This document shows positions 62,961-64,000 of a DNA stretch of 64,000 nucleotides, one piece after another (position 1 is the first letter of the stretch; every line of letters starts with the position of its first letter). Where the stretch lies: the NCBI RefSeq assembly GCF_963921235.1, contig NC_086097.1, positions 143,532,001-143,596,000 on the forward strand, in the 5' to 3' direction. The DNA is from Mobula hypostoma. Taxonomy: Eukaryota. The translations under genes and the position numbers were made by a program. The notes under the pieces are model-generated. The model searched no databases. It was given only the letters and a program-made list of their open reading frames with translations, and was not told the origin of the DNA.

Positions 62961-63804
62961 CTTAAGAATTTTATGTTTCAAAGAGATTGCCATTCATTTT
63001 TTTGAAACTTAAAGGAATGTGGCTGAATGTTTTGCCTCTCTTCACAGAATAATTGACATTCAAGGAATCTTTGTTGCACTTCCTTTGTTGCAGATGTATC
63101 TGTTCAAAAGGAAGAGAGACCAGACTGTGCACAATATTGCAGGCTCTGCCTCACCAGGGCATATTTACTTTTGCACTTAAATTCTCTTACCATAAAGACC
63201 TATATAGTGTTTGCTCTAAATCCTTACTCTACCTGCAGTTTAGCTTTCAGTGATCCATGTACAGAGAAGTCCAGATTTGTCTGTACACCAGCACATTTCA
63301 ACCTTAATCCTGAATTGAAACTTGCTGGAACTGTGCGCTGGAGGCCAGATACCTTATTAATGTACCTATTTGAATTGGTGTAGGTCACTCACAAAGTTCA
63401 TGCTCACAAACTTACGAACAGGAATTTGGGCCCAGGTCAATGTTACCTGAGCCTCCCACTATCTGGTGCATGACATTGTGGCTCAATTTTTGTGAAGAGG
63501 CCTCACTTGTTGAAGTTAGCTGGTACTGATTGATGCCTTGTCTAACATGGTACAAGCACATTCACTGTCCGCACACACATGGCATTAACAGTGCTTTGTA
63601 TAGGTGCAGCATGAATATGCTTTACCAAGGTTCCTCAGATATAACGAGATCTATTTCTGCTTTTGATTTATTTTTGTCCATCCATGATTTGTTTACATGA
63701 ACCCTTTATTCCCTTTTTTTTTCCATCTTCTGTGAATTTAAAACTTTTTTTTGCCCCTCTCACTTTTGTTGACAGTTGCCTCTATTGAAACCTGTTAACC
63801 ATAG

Positions 63805-64000
63805 TTTTAGATAAGTGAAGTGGATATGGCAAGTAGAATGTACTGTGAAAAATGTGAGGTCATCTATAAGGTAGTGAAATGGTGGTGTTTCTTTTAAATA
63901 GCAAAAGATTGACAGGTGTTAGTGTTCGGAGGGACTTTGCACAGGAATCACTTTGTAGGTTCAACAAGCAATTAGGAAGGCAAGTGTTAGGTTGAGTTTT
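63805..64000 (+). mobile_element. CR1 RT fragment running off the window end
   Basis: Resembles CR1 W..WQ.E...KCEVI..RDL..QQAIRKA. Confidence 0.6.

Overview
This is eukaryotic, repeat-rich intronic DNA. The repeat families point to a cartilaginous fish, probably a ray (inference). The only host coding sequence I can support is two + strand exons of a class B1 GPCR of the parathyroid hormone receptor family, most likely pth1r (45532-45637 and 58385-58495). They splice in frame to [74 protein letters not shown] found neither the signal-peptide exon nor the downstream exons. The rest is decayed mobile DNA: CR1 and Rex1/Babar LINEs, Penelope-like elements (PLEs), tRNA-, V-, Deu- and LF-type SINEs, Tc1/pogo/Harbinger MITEs, an internally deleted Tc1, and a hAT element carrying two inverted LTRs. 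Three structures stand out. (1) PLE ends carry minimal hammerhead ribozyme motifs, one with an intact core at about 2331-2371, and several form fold-back palindromes with target-site duplications (TSDs). (2) The hAT element has a displaced LTR TSD that suggests an LTR-mediated internal inversion. (3) A loop-less hairpin with arms of about 95 bp lies about 200 nt downstream of a receptor exon. PLE hammerheads are an established class, and I see no convincing wholly new protein-coding system. Family names come from motif recognition, not database searches. Repeat boundaries are approximate unless terminal inverted repeats (TIRs) or TSDs are quoted.
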